64,000 nucleotides of DNA from Euryarchaeota archaeon UBA242. GTDB lineage: Archaea > Thermoplasmatota > Poseidoniia > Poseidoniales > Poseidoniaceae. Of the stretch, positions 1 to 9,074 are shown piece by piece (position 1 is the stretch's first letter; every line of letters starts with the position of its first letter). Made by a program: the position numbers and the translations under genes. The stretch covers positions 4,045-68,044 of the forward strand of contig DAJY01000098.1 of the NCBI GenBank assembly GCA_002499015.1, written 5' to 3'. The notes beneath the pieces are model-generated. The model was not told the origin of the DNA, did not search any database, and worked only from the letters and a program-made list of their open reading frames with translations.

Positions 1-45
1 CTTAGTTAGCGTTACTGCGAAGACACATATACTCTAAGTGACGGA

Positions 46-1839
46 TTGGTAATTGAAGGTGATATCATGGTCGACAAAGGGGCTCTCTTGACTGAACTTT
101 ATCAGGCTAGGTTTGACGATTTGAAGGAAATCGCAATCGCGTATCAACTACCTAAGTCCGGTTCGGTGGAATCGCTTCGTGCCCGCTTAATTCAACATTT
201 GATTTTGGACCAATGGGATTTGTCCGAAGATGGGATTAATAATCTAATGAATGCAGAAATGGGCGAGATTGTAGGAGTCTTTGGAATAAAGAAATCTGGC
301 TCTATTAGAGCACGTAGACAGCGATTATATCTCCATTTATATCACGACCCAAAGGTCCTACTGGTTGAGAAACTGGACGAACGCACAAGAGACCAATTAC
401 ATGCAATGTGTAAAGTGTTAGAATTGCCTCTTTCTGGAAATAAGCAGTCACTGCTGGTTAGAATCGCCGGAGTTCTTGCAAGTCAGCAAGGTGGCTGGGG
501 TAAAGTGAAGAAGAGTTTGAGAAGGCCGCGTGGCAATATTAATCTTCCAAATATCCCATATCCAAGTGAAGATTCAGCGCCCCAAGTACAAACAGACAGT
601 AGCACAGCAATTCAGAATACCGTTAGTGATTTTGTTTCTGAGCATCCAGCAGGGTGGACTTTCGAGGAAGAAACTGAACTGAGAACTGAATTGGCTGAAG
701 AAGGACTGAATCCATCCTTAGCATCAGTTTCTGCAGATATTGATGTTGCATTGAGAGGCAAACAAAAAATCGAAGAAGATTCTGTTCCGCCGATGATTCA
801 ATCTGCACAAATCATGGAGCCAGAATCCAAGCACAGTCTAGAAACTGAAGCCGCATTGATGGAAATAAATTCAAGAAATGCTGAGATTGAAGCAGCTGGT
901 CGTGATTTCCTCATGATCTCTTCGACCAGTGACCGTGAAGACTTGGAAGTGTTCATATCCAGCCTTTCTAATCATGGATTTGCATGTGATATTCTTGCCG
1001 TAAGAGATTCTATCCGCAATACCATAATGGAGTTGGATTTCAGAAGCCAAAATGAAAAGAATGCCTTGCATTCGACTCCTACTTCGTGGACTGAAAGAGA
1101 AGCATTGAGGGCATTTGAGAGTGCAAGAAATTCATTACGTGGACAATTAGCTGATACTTTAGCAGCTCACCCTGGTGAGTTAGTAAAGGCTAGAATGGCA
1201 TTTGAAGAAGTCGGTCGCTCATTAGGCCTTGACTTGAGAATTCCAAGTATCTCTGGAAGACTTCATGCTTTGTTTGATCTACATGTTGATATCGGTGAAG
1301 CACAAGCACTTCAAGACCCATCTGTAGCAAGAAGGAACCGTGTACTTCGTATTCTTCAGCATGGGACGGTTCATCTTCAAGCAGCCGAATGCCGAACTCT
1401 AGATCGGATTGAGAGAAATATTGTAGCCTTTGAAGAACTTGTTGAAACCGTCTTGGAATCAAGTGAAGGAACTTTTTCTGAAGCTCAGCAAGCACTTGTC
1501 ATCAGATTCCTTGAATCTAGAGGCTATGAAGTAAATACTTCTACATTGAGGCCTAGGATACTTGCCTGTGCAGGGATTATAGGTTCCGAATTAGGCTTTA
1601 TATCTCCTGCTGAAATACCGCGTATTGCACCTGGAATTATTATCTCAGATAACCAAGTTGATGCCATTGTTGTTGAATTACAAGCACTTGCTGAAGCATT
1701 CAAACCAAAGCAAGAAACTGTTGCTTTAGAACCTGAACAAGAACTTGCAGAATCTGTTGCAAATGCTGCAGATCACTTAATAGATGTAAGAGCAAAGATT
1801 GACCGAGTTGACAACATTTTAAAACGATTAAGAATTTAA
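46..1839 (+). CDS. Hypothetical protein with N-terminal tandem SAP/Rho-N-like helix-hairpin motifs
   Basis: 597-aa ORF. The N-terminus has repeated motifs such as LKEIAIAYQLPKSGSVESLRARLIQHL and LPLSGNKQSLLVRIAGVL that resemble SAP/Rho_N DNA-binding motifs. The rest is serine/acidic-rich with no recognisable catalytic motif. Confidence 0.45.
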   Translation: MVIEGDIMVDKGALLTELYQARFDDLKEIAIAYQLPKSGSVESLRARLIQHLILDQWDLSEDGINNLMNAEMGEIVGVFGIKKSGSIRARRQRLYLHLYHDPKVLLVEKLDERTRDQLHAMCKVLELPLSGNKQSLLVRIAGVLASQQGGWGKVKKSLRRPRGNINLPNIPYPSEDSAPQVQTDSSTAIQNTVSDFVSEHPAGWTFEEETELRTELAEEGLNPSLASVSADIDVALRGKQKIEEDSVPPMIQSAQIMEPESKHSLETEAALMEINSRNAEIEAAGRDFLMISSTSDREDLEVFISSLSNHGFACDILAVRDSIRNTIMELDFRSQNEKNALHSTPTSWTEREALRAFESARNSLRGQLADTLAAHPGELVKARMAFEEVGRSLGLDLRIPSISGRLHALFDLHVDIGEAQALQDPSVARRNRVLRILQHGTVHLQAAECRTLDRIERNIVAFEELVETVLESSEGTFSEAQQALVIRFLESRGYEVNTSTLRPRILACAGIIGSELGFISPAEIPRIAPGIIISDNQVDAIVVELQALAEAFKPKQETVALEPEQELAESVANAADHLIDVRAKIDRVDNILKRLRI

Positions 1840-1843
1840 TTAT

Positions 1844-3100
1844 TCAATTTGCCCTAGATGCATAGAAGTTTTGAATTACTGTTGATACTCTTTGTATATC
1901 ATCGATTCCTCTATGGACCATATCGTTGAGTATAGCCTGTCTTTGTTCTACATGCTTTTCAAATACTGCAGGAGAAACTCCTGCTGCTTTACAAATAGTT
2001 TCTCTTAATTTACTAGGGATTCCTGTTTCCTCAATTTGTTCAGTAGCTGCATTATACTTCCAAATGATATTGAGACGTGGTTTATCGCCCTCCATTCCTG
2101 CAACTTCAGCAACTTCTGTTATCTTCCGAACTGTTTTTCCATTGACGTGAAGACGTGCTTGGATTATGATTAAATCAAGTCCTGAAAGCATGATAGGTGG
2201 AACATTCATCGGAGGATTGATCATTCTTGTGACTGTCTCCTGTGCAGTATTGGCGTGCAATGAACCGAACGAACCATCGTGTCCAGTATTCATAGCAGTC
2301 AATAGAGTTGCACATTCCGGACCACGTACTTCACCCACGATAATTCTGTCAGGGCGCATACGTAGTGAAGATTTCAAACAATCATTCATATCTACTTCTG
2401 GAGTTCCATCAGGCCTCTCTCTCCTAGTCTCCATTCTCAACCAATGGTCGTGGTAAACTTGTAATTCAGCAGTATCTTCCACTGTTAGCAAACGCCTTGA
2501 CCATGGGATGAACATTCCCATGCAATTCAAGGTGGTAGTTTTACCTGAACCAGTACCACCTGCAATTACGAAATTTGCAGGACGACTATCCAATCCCTCA
2601 ATCCAAACCCACATCATTGCAGCAAGTCTTGAGTTCACAGTTCCAAAACGAACTAAATCGATTATAGTAAGCGGATCTTCCTTGAATTTTCTAATAGTCA
2701 ATGTAGGTCCATCTGGAGTAACTGGAGGTATTGTCCCATTTACACGAGAACCATCTGGTAGTCTTCCATCAAAGATGGGAACTAATCCGGGTCCATCTCC
2801 AAGTGGTACGTTAGTGAATGCAGCAATATTTTTGGCAATTTGCAAACCGGATACATTATCTATTGTAATATTAGTTCTGCACATTCCATGTTCTCTATGG
2901 GCAACTTTCACACATTGAACACCTCCGTTATACATTACCTCTTCAAGTGCATCATCTTCCAATAGAATGGCTAAATCTCCATATGGATTTGGTTCTACTG
3001 CTCCATCGACATGATATATAGGGGATGGATGATTATCTTCCATGTAAATCGTTACTCTTCCGTATTGTTCTAATATTCTTTCAGACATTTTAACCACCAC
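1844..3100 (-). CDS. Type IV pilus / type II-IV secretion family ATPase (FlaI/TadA/VirB11-like)
   Basis: 418 aa. Walker A VIAGGTGSGKTTTLNCMG. The overall sequence is typical of the archaeal/bacterial secretion NTPase family (T2SSE domain). GTG start checked at 3100. Overlaps the upstream TadC-like gene by 11 nt. Confidence 0.85.
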   Translation of the reverse strand: MVVKMSERILEQYGRVTIYMEDNHPSPIYHVDGAVEPNPYGDLAILLEDDALEEVMYNGGVQCVKVAHREHGMCRTNITIDNVSGLQIAKNIAAFTNVPLGDGPGLVPIFDGRLPDGSRVNGTIPPVTPDGPTLTIRKFKEDPLTIIDLVRFGTVNSRLAAMMWVWIEGLDSRPANFVIAGGTGSGKTTTLNCMGMFIPWSRRLLTVEDTAELQVYHDHWLRMETRRERPDGTPEVDMNDCLKSSLRMRPDRIIVGEVRGPECATLLTAMNTGHDGSFGSLHANTAQETVTRMINPPMNVPPIMLSGLDLIIIQARLHVNGKTVRKITEVAEVAGMEGDKPRLNIIWKYNAATEQIEETGIPSKLRETICKAAGVSPAVFEKHVEQRQAILNDMVHRGIDDIQRVSTVIQNFYASRAN

Positions 3101-3824
3101 CTATTACCTTAACCGCACCTAAATACAATCCCATTGAGATCGCCATCCACAATGGTATGAACCACAGATAGCTCTTCAAACGACCTAGCATTCTTCCAGA
3201 CACTCCGACGCCCACTGCTGAAGCAGCAGCAAAGAATGTTCCAAATGTGGCATTGAAATCATCTAATTTGAATCCAGCACTTGCTGGTGCGAAAAGACCT
3301 ACAATAAATGCAATTAGTCCAGGAAGACCGACAGAAACGAACATTATGATCAGAATCCCCCTCCCCAATAATTCATTTTCCCTTCTGTTGATTAAATCGT
3401 TAAGCCGCTCGTAATCATGACTTAGACTATCTAAAATTCCTTGTAACGGTGCATCTTGCTCCATTGCAGTCTCAAGTAACATCATCACTCTTTGTACCTG
3501 AGAAGACCTTGTTTTTGCAGAAAAAGAGGTTAGGGCTGAGTTAATATCAGATGAATGACTCTCTTCTAATGTTTCCTTTAATAATTCACTAAGCAAACCT
3601 GGTGCACTTTTTGATTGCTCCATCATAGCCTCTTGCAATCCATGTCCTGCTCCAACCGAACTCGCCAAAGATTCAAGCAGTCCTGGTAAAGAATTCTCTA
3701 TCTTTCTTCTACGATTGCGTTCGATGATAGGTGGGATTCCGCCACCTGCAATTGCAATTCCAATAACACCCAAATAAAGTAATAATGGTTCACCATTGAA
3801 AGCTTCTAGGAATCGGAAAAACAT
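3090..3824 (-). CDS. TadC/FlaJ-like platform membrane protein, C-terminal half (T2SSF-like domain)
   Basis: 244 aa. N-terminal TM helix, then a soluble helical domain, then 3 C-terminal TM helices. This is the architecture of the second half of archaeal FlaJ/TadC. It lies 4 nt downstream of, and in a different frame from, the preceding half-gene. Confidence 0.55.
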   Translation of the reverse strand: MFFRFLEAFNGEPLLLYLGVIGIAIAGGGIPPIIERNRRRKIENSLPGLLESLASSVGAGHGLQEAMMEQSKSAPGLLSELLKETLEESHSSDINSALTSFSAKTRSSQVQRVMMLLETAMEQDAPLQGILDSLSHDYERLNDLINRRENELLGRGILIIMFVSVGLPGLIAFIVGLFAPASAGFKLDDFNATFGTFFAAASAVGVGVSGRMLGRLKSYLWFIPLWMAISMGLYLGAVKVIGGG

Positions 3825-3828
3825 AATA

Positions 3829-4410
3829 TCACAATCCCGGGTCCTTGGTGTGGGCCTTTAGGCCAATTAGCATCATGCCAACCAAAGTCAGAATCAATCC
3901 ACCATTTACTACACCACTAATTAGAGCAGGATCAGGTATTGACATAAATGCTGCAATATCTCCAGTTAATAATTGCGGAATTAGTCCTGCGATTGACAAG
4001 ATAATTGGACCAATCATTCCTATTGAAAGTAAAGTTTCAGGAACTCCGCCAAGTTCTTCGATGTATTTTTTGACTTCTTCTGCCCTTTCTTCTTCCATTC
4101 TTGAGCCTTGCTTTCTCAACGTTTCTACGACATCGGTATTTTGAGTAACATTGGTGTAAAGAGTATTCAACAATCTACGGTATCCATCGGATTCAGCAAG
4201 ATTCATCATACTCTTTAGTTCATATTCAAGGCCCCTGGATTTACCACCAGACAACCGCTTCATTATTTTAGAAAAATCTTCACTGATGATTCCATAACCA
4301 CCTTGCCCGATAGTGTGTAAAGCGGCTTCAAGACCAACACCGGAGGACATTAAAACATCAAGAGTTCGGATGACATAGAGACCTTCTCTCTTTTCATCCA
4401 AAATCCTCAT
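3829..4410 (-). CDS. TadC/FlaJ-like platform membrane protein, N-terminal half (T2SSF-like domain)
   Basis: 193 aa. Cytoplasmic helical domain followed by 2 TM helices (IGMIGPIILSIAGLIPQLL and GLILTLVGMMLIGL). Together with 3090..3824 it reconstitutes a complete two-domain platform protein. Confidence 0.55.
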   Translation of the reverse strand: MRILDEKREGLYVIRTLDVLMSSGVGLEAALHTIGQGGYGIISEDFSKIMKRLSGGKSRGLEYELKSMMNLAESDGYRRLLNTLYTNVTQNTDVVETLRKQGSRMEEERAEEVKKYIEELGGVPETLLSIGMIGPIILSIAGLIPQLLTGDIAAFMSIPDPALISGVVNGGLILTLVGMMLIGLKAHTKDPGL

Positions 4411-4419
4411 TATTCCACC

Positions 4420-4815
4420 TCAAACGATATCTTCAATCAATTCCAACAAGAATGATTCGCTATCACTATTGTATTCCATACTTGCGAAAACAACCTTCAC
4501 ATCTCGTTCTTCAAAAGGATCGTGAATGAATGGTTGACCGGTTCTAAAGATAGAATTAAGTGTTTTATATTCATCAATACCAATCTCCCCTTTAACTGTA
4601 TAAACAGTAGATTCAGAGCCTTCGTCGTTTAGATTATCACCTTCTCCACCCCTTACAATTGTTCTGGTAATTCTACGAGTAAGTTTTACCCGAATATCGG
4701 TATTTGGTATTCTAATCCAATCTGCGCTTGTTGTCCCTGTTGCGGGACGGATGAAGAAATCTATTCCTGCCATGCTACGACCTCTATACTGACCACAACC
4801 CGAGCGGGTATTCAA
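4420..4815 (-). CDS. Hypothetical protein (soluble, no TM; not pilin-like)
   Basis: 131-aa ORF packed between the RPA32-like gene and the TadC-like gene, same strand. The true start may be the internal Met (MAGIDFF). No recognisable motifs. Confidence 0.4.
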   Translation of the reverse strand: MNTRSGCGQYRGRSMAGIDFFIRPATGTTSADWIRIPNTDIRVKLTRRITRTIVRGGEGDNLNDEGSESTVYTVKGEIGIDEYKTLNSIFRTGQPFIHDPFEERDVKVVFASMEYNSDSESFLLELIEDIV

Positions 4816-4835
4816 TGTGTTGGATTGTCAATCAC

Positions 4836-5777
4836 TTATTCAACAATTTTGAACCAGCCAAATCGAGGCTCATGGACTACACCTTTTTCAGATAATTCAT
4901 CCAACATCGCTTCGCCATCGGGTCGTGGAAAACCTCTAGCATTGGCATTACTGAGTAGTGCTTCAAAGTCAACCCCATCACCCTGATCAAGTTGACGAAT
5001 TAACGATAGCACACACTCTTCTAAATCGGAACCTTCCTCTTCATCATCACCTTCTACAGCGGATGATACATAGAGTACCGGCACTGGTTTTGTGGCGCTA
5101 GACATCTTACCCTCAGCGATATCTAGGGCTTGCATTATATTCAATTTATATTGCTCCAAATCAATTTCACCATAGTGGTTTCTAGAAGTTATCAAACCCT
5201 CCACCAGGTAGTCCGGTATACTTTCACTTGCTGAATATGCTTGTTTAGTTGGTTCAAGTTCAATAGATGCTGAGAATGCATCCATTCTGTTAATTGTACC
5301 TTGGCAAGCACGTGTTATCCAATTCGCATATGTTTTGACATCGATAATACAAGCTTCTTCAGGCCTTAGCGAGGTATAGATTGCACCTTCTTCTGTTTGG
5401 TACCATCGCGCCTTTGCAACCATCAACACCAATTCAGGTTCACCTGCTTCCATTTTTGCAGTTAATCTCGTTGTTAATTCACGCATTGCTTCACTGGCAT
5501 AATCTCCAACCGAGAAATAATGTTGTCCGGAAGGGTCTCTTAATTGACCTTGATACAAAGTCGAACCATTTGCTGTTTCACTAACTTCTAATCTCTCGAG
5601 CAAACCTGCAACTATTACACGATTTACTTTCGCTCCTAGTTTGGTAATTACAAAGGATGGATCAAATTCTCCAGACCCTTTTTCGTTAAGGGTTGCATCT
5701 CTAAATTCTGATGCGAGCATATGCCATGCAGGTTGGCGCTTTACCCTAGGTCCTGCTTGCATCAATTCACCCCCCAT
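4836..5777 (-). CDS. RPA32-like / RPA-associated OB-fold protein with C-terminal winged-helix-like domain
   Basis: 313 aa. Central OB-fold-like segment (KVNRVIVAGLLERLEVSETANGSTLYQGQLRDPSG). The acidic C-terminal segment (LIRQLDQGDGVDFEALLS...DELSEKGVV) resembles the RPA32 winged helix. Overlaps the RPA1 gene by 16 nt, as in the rpa-rpap operons of Euryarchaeota. Confidence 0.55.
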   Translation of the reverse strand: MGGELMQAGPRVKRQPAWHMLASEFRDATLNEKGSGEFDPSFVITKLGAKVNRVIVAGLLERLEVSETANGSTLYQGQLRDPSGQHYFSVGDYASEAMRELTTRLTAKMEAGEPELVLMVAKARWYQTEEGAIYTSLRPEEACIIDVKTYANWITRACQGTINRMDAFSASIELEPTKQAYSASESIPDYLVEGLITSRNHYGEIDLEQYKLNIMQALDIAEGKMSSATKPVPVLYVSSAVEGDDEEEGSDLEECVLSLIRQLDQGDGVDFEALLSNANARGFPRPDGEAMLDELSEKGVVHEPRFGWFKIVE

Positions 5778-7483
5778 TGCGCTCTGATTTCAGTTGCTTT
5801 CATCTCAGCATCCTCTTCGACTATTTCTGCACTATCTGCCAACATCATACCACCTTGCTCATCAACGATTGTTCGACCTGAAGCACGAATTTTTCGCCCT
5901 AACATTTTTGACCTTAGAGTTTGTACGAAATCTAATTGCCCATTTGAATTAATCTCTGAACCAAGTTCTTCTTCTGTCATAGCGAGTAGACCTAAACTTC
6001 CTTCCTTGTTAATTAGTAAGGACATGCTTGCTAATCCATCATCGATAACCAATCGCATCCTAACATCTGTTTCACCGTCATTAGCATCATGTGTTGCGCA
6101 ATGTCCATCCCTCAGAACTCTCCTGCATTCGGTACATCTTTGAATAAAACCAGAATCTTCTCTAACACTTACTACGATTGCCTCGGTTGTAACGCCGACC
6201 CTGCTCGCCCCAGTCGCCAATTCATTGAGAACTACTTCCACTGTATGTGTGCTAAAATCAATATCCTCATCCCAAGGTGATTTATCCAACATTTCAACTT
6301 GATCTGCTGTGTCAACTGTGATATCTGGTATTCCTTGCCATGCTCTTACTCTAACTCCTTTCAGCTTTACTGTGAGGGGTAAACTATCTACATCAATAGG
6401 CAAATCTTCCCATGCACTCATTCGACATCTTCCAGTTGGGTCTGCGATTTGCCCAGACCAAAGATATTTATCGGTACCATCTTTGGTGAATGTTCTTTTT
6501 GACCATTCGATAATCTGTACAACTGTATCAACATCCCTTGCACCATCTCTTAACTCGGAAACTGTCAAGACCGTTTGCTTGGATAATGTTTCAATGCCCG
6601 GAAAATTCTTATCGTGGAATAATTCAACCTTTGTAGTTCTTCCAAAATTCAACTCAGGTGTATCCCTAAAGGTACGGATTTGAGCACCATCAATTTTTAT
6701 CAAGGCCCCGACTTTATGTTCAAATGATTCCCAAGAGAGGAATCCAATTATTCCTGATTCATCAGCCAATCGTCCTCTGACGATGTCTATTGAACCTGAA
6801 CCGTCCTTTTTGTGTATCTGGTCTTCTCTTAACGAGAGAATTCTGCCAACTACGCAGGCATACCCATCAGTTGGAAGTGAAGCAATGTCTTGAGCTTCCC
6901 CTGGCGCCACCACTGGTCTAGTTCCTTCACGGATAACAACAACCCGGGAGGATTGATTGATATTTAGAGACATTTTTCCTTGATATTCATTTACTGAAAC
7001 CCCTTCAAGTCTTACGATTGAACCAGGTGCCAGATTTGGACTCGGTGCCCAATCTTTGTATTCCCAACGATTCTTGTCGCCGTTTTCTGCCCAAGGGTTA
7101 TCTTCTAACAATCCGAAAGCGATTTGCTTTTGTTCACCGCGAATTGTTTGTTCACGCAAATTATGTGAAATGATTTCAACTTCGATTTCAATTTCCTTAT
7201 CAGCAGCCTTCAATTCATTCAAACGTTCGACTTTCTTTGTCGCTACTGGTTGGGATGAAGAAGATGACCCACCAGCCCTAGTGTTTGGAATTGACTTTGA
7301 ACTGTTCAGACTTCTAATGATAGACCTCATCGAGTCTTGAGGAGGAATTTTAAAATCATCCTGGTATTTCAAGAATGCAGTAGCAATCGCGTCGTGATCT
7401 GCTTCTGGGCATTCCTTTTGTACTGCTTCGATATAGGAATCAAACTGTCCATCAGACATATTTGACACCTCTATTATCTTCAT
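5762..7483 (-). CDS. rpa: Replication protein A large subunit (RPA1-like) with multiple OB folds and a C4 zinc ribbon
   Basis: 573 aa. Repeated OB-fold signatures (IEIEVEIISHNLREQTIRGEQKQIAFGLLEDNPWAEN...; GSIVRLEGVSVNEYQGKMSLNINQSSRVVVI). Zinc-finger CTECRRVLRDGHCATHD embedded in an OB fold, typical of RPA70-like proteins. Confidence 0.8.
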   Translation of the reverse strand: MKIIEVSNMSDGQFDSYIEAVQKECPEADHDAIATAFLKYQDDFKIPPQDSMRSIIRSLNSSKSIPNTRAGGSSSSSQPVATKKVERLNELKAADKEIEIEVEIISHNLREQTIRGEQKQIAFGLLEDNPWAENGDKNRWEYKDWAPSPNLAPGSIVRLEGVSVNEYQGKMSLNINQSSRVVVIREGTRPVVAPGEAQDIASLPTDGYACVVGRILSLREDQIHKKDGSGSIDIVRGRLADESGIIGFLSWESFEHKVGALIKIDGAQIRTFRDTPELNFGRTTKVELFHDKNFPGIETLSKQTVLTVSELRDGARDVDTVVQIIEWSKRTFTKDGTDKYLWSGQIADPTGRCRMSAWEDLPIDVDSLPLTVKLKGVRVRAWQGIPDITVDTADQVEMLDKSPWDEDIDFSTHTVEVVLNELATGASRVGVTTEAIVVSVREDSGFIQRCTECRRVLRDGHCATHDANDGETDVRMRLVIDDGLASMSLLINKEGSLGLLAMTEEELGSEINSNGQLDFVQTLRSKMLGRKIRASGRTIVDEQGGMMLADSAEIVEEDAEMKATEIRAQWGVN

Positions 7484-7670
7484 TCGTTAGTGTCCTATTC
7501 AATGAATAGGATGCGGGCTTTCGTGCGTTTTGGTTGAGACTTGACACTCCCTTGACCTCCATGGAACTAAGCAAAATAGACTAGGGCTAATAAACAATTT
7601 CACGACCCAATTATGAAAAGTGAAAGTAAAATGAGTGATTTAATAAATATTGAAATATAATATTTAAACT

Positions 7671-9074
7671 TCAAGCCGGATTTATTCTAAATCCATCCAT
7701 CACCAATACATCAGGAATATGCATCCCTCCAGTAGAATATGAATCCTGGATTATCGGCCTATCCCCTAATATTATGTCATTTGATAGCGCCTTTGCAATA
7801 TTTCCGGAGAGGCCTGCTTGCTTAATCGGCCCTACGATTTGACCATCAACTACTTTCAAGATCGTACTTGTTGTAACAGAGAAATCACCACTGGTTGGAT
7901 TAGCGGTATGAGCCCCCATAACACTGTGGACAATATATCCATTTTCCATATGAGAAATTAAATCATCACGACTCTTTCCGCCTTTGCTTGATTTTAGAAT
8001 CATATCGGAACAGCCAGTATATGGTGGCGATTGATGACTACCCCTGGAGGCTGATCCAGTTGATTGGGCATACTCAATTCTTCCTTCTGCCATCATTTGT
8101 GCTGAATCTCTTGTAGACCACATAGAGCCTACTAGTCTTCCATTTTCCACCAAAGTCTGAGTCTGTCTAGGAACTCCTTCTCCGTCTAGGCTTGAACTAC
8201 CCATCCCACCTTCCATCAATCCATCATCGATTAGTGTCAAGTCATTAGCAAGGACCATTAGCCCTTCATTTCCAGACCAAAAAGACTCTTTCCTCGCCAA
8301 TTTCTCACCTTTGGCTGCTGCTGGAATACAAACAGAAAACAATGGCGAGAAACCTTCACTAGTCATCAATACCGGACAATCAACTGCTTGTGAATCAACT
8401 TCTATCGGCCCTCTGGTACACTGAGCCCAATGAACTGAAGTTTCGATGCAATCTGGAATTGATTTTAGTAATTTACGACTAGAACTGCTTTCCCAAGCGC
8501 TGGTTAATTCATCGTCCTCATCTATACTGACTTGAACTCCCGCTCCGTGCGAAGTTGTGATCCCACTGGATAAAATTCCTTGGCTGGTTACTATGGCTCC
8601 CGCTGTAGCTGAAACGCCGACACCACCGCCAGTTACAACCGCTCTTGAATCCAATGAAGCAACTTCGCTCAATATTGAATCCGCTTGTTCTAATAGATAT
8701 TCTGGACCAACATCTAGAATCTTACTATCACAGCGACCTAAGACATCGGTAGATTTTTGATTTTGTGGAAGACAAAAACCTTCAACAGAAGGTGAAACCT
8801 TTGCAATAGAAATTGCTTGAGAAACGGCATGCTCAGCACCTGAAACATCTACTAAATGAGCATATCCAAAACGCCCACCATCCAATACTCGTACACCATA
8901 TCCGCCGTCTCCTCCTCCGGCTGCGAGTGTGATCTTACCCGCTTCAATATCTAATTCATGACCATATGATTGAAATGCGACAACTTCCCACTCACCAATT
9001 CCTTTGGATTGACAGATCTTGCCAATTGATTGCGCACCTTCAACGATACGCTCTACAGCATCATCCGGTAGCAT
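7671..9074 (-). CDS. pmbA: PmbA/TldE family metalloprotease partner (peptidase U62)
   Basis: 467 aa. Paralogous to the adjacent TldD but lacks the HExxxH motif. Conserved C-terminal region (GNIAKALSNDIILGDRPII...GMHIPDVLVMDGFRI). Adjacent to and co-directional with tldD. Confidence 0.8.
   Translation of the reverse strand: MLPDDAVERIVEGAQSIGKICQSKGIGEWEVVAFQSYGHELDIEAGKITLAAGGGDGGYGVRVLDGGRFGYAHLVDVSGAEHAVSQAISIAKVSPSVEGFCLPQNQKSTDVLGRCDSKILDVGPEYLLEQADSILSEVASLDSRAVVTGGGVGVSATAGAIVTSQGILSSGITTSHGAGVQVSIDEDDELTSAWESSSSRKLLKSIPDCIETSVHWAQCTRGPIEVDSQAVDCPVLMTSEGFSPLFSVCIPAAAKGEKLARKESFWSGNEGLMVLANDLTLIDDGLMEGGMGSSSLDGEGVPRQTQTLVENGRLVGSMWSTRDSAQMMAEGRIEYAQSTGSASRGSHQSPPYTGCSDMILKSSKGGKSRDDLISHMENGYIVHSVMGAHTANPTSGDFSVTTSTILKVVDGQIVGPIKQAGLSGNIAKALSNDIILGDRPIIQDSYSTGGMHIPDVLVMDGFRINPA

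Noticed and set aside
1926-2918. + strand ORFs (74, 96, 136 aa) antisense inside the secretion ATPase gene. Similar antisense ORFs occur inside gyrA, gyrB, smc, hel308, the PKD protease and others throughout the track.
   Set aside because: They lie entirely within long, motif-rich genes on the opposite strand. Their translations are low-complexity (Ser/Pro/Leu-rich), typical of antisense frames, and no independent signals support them.
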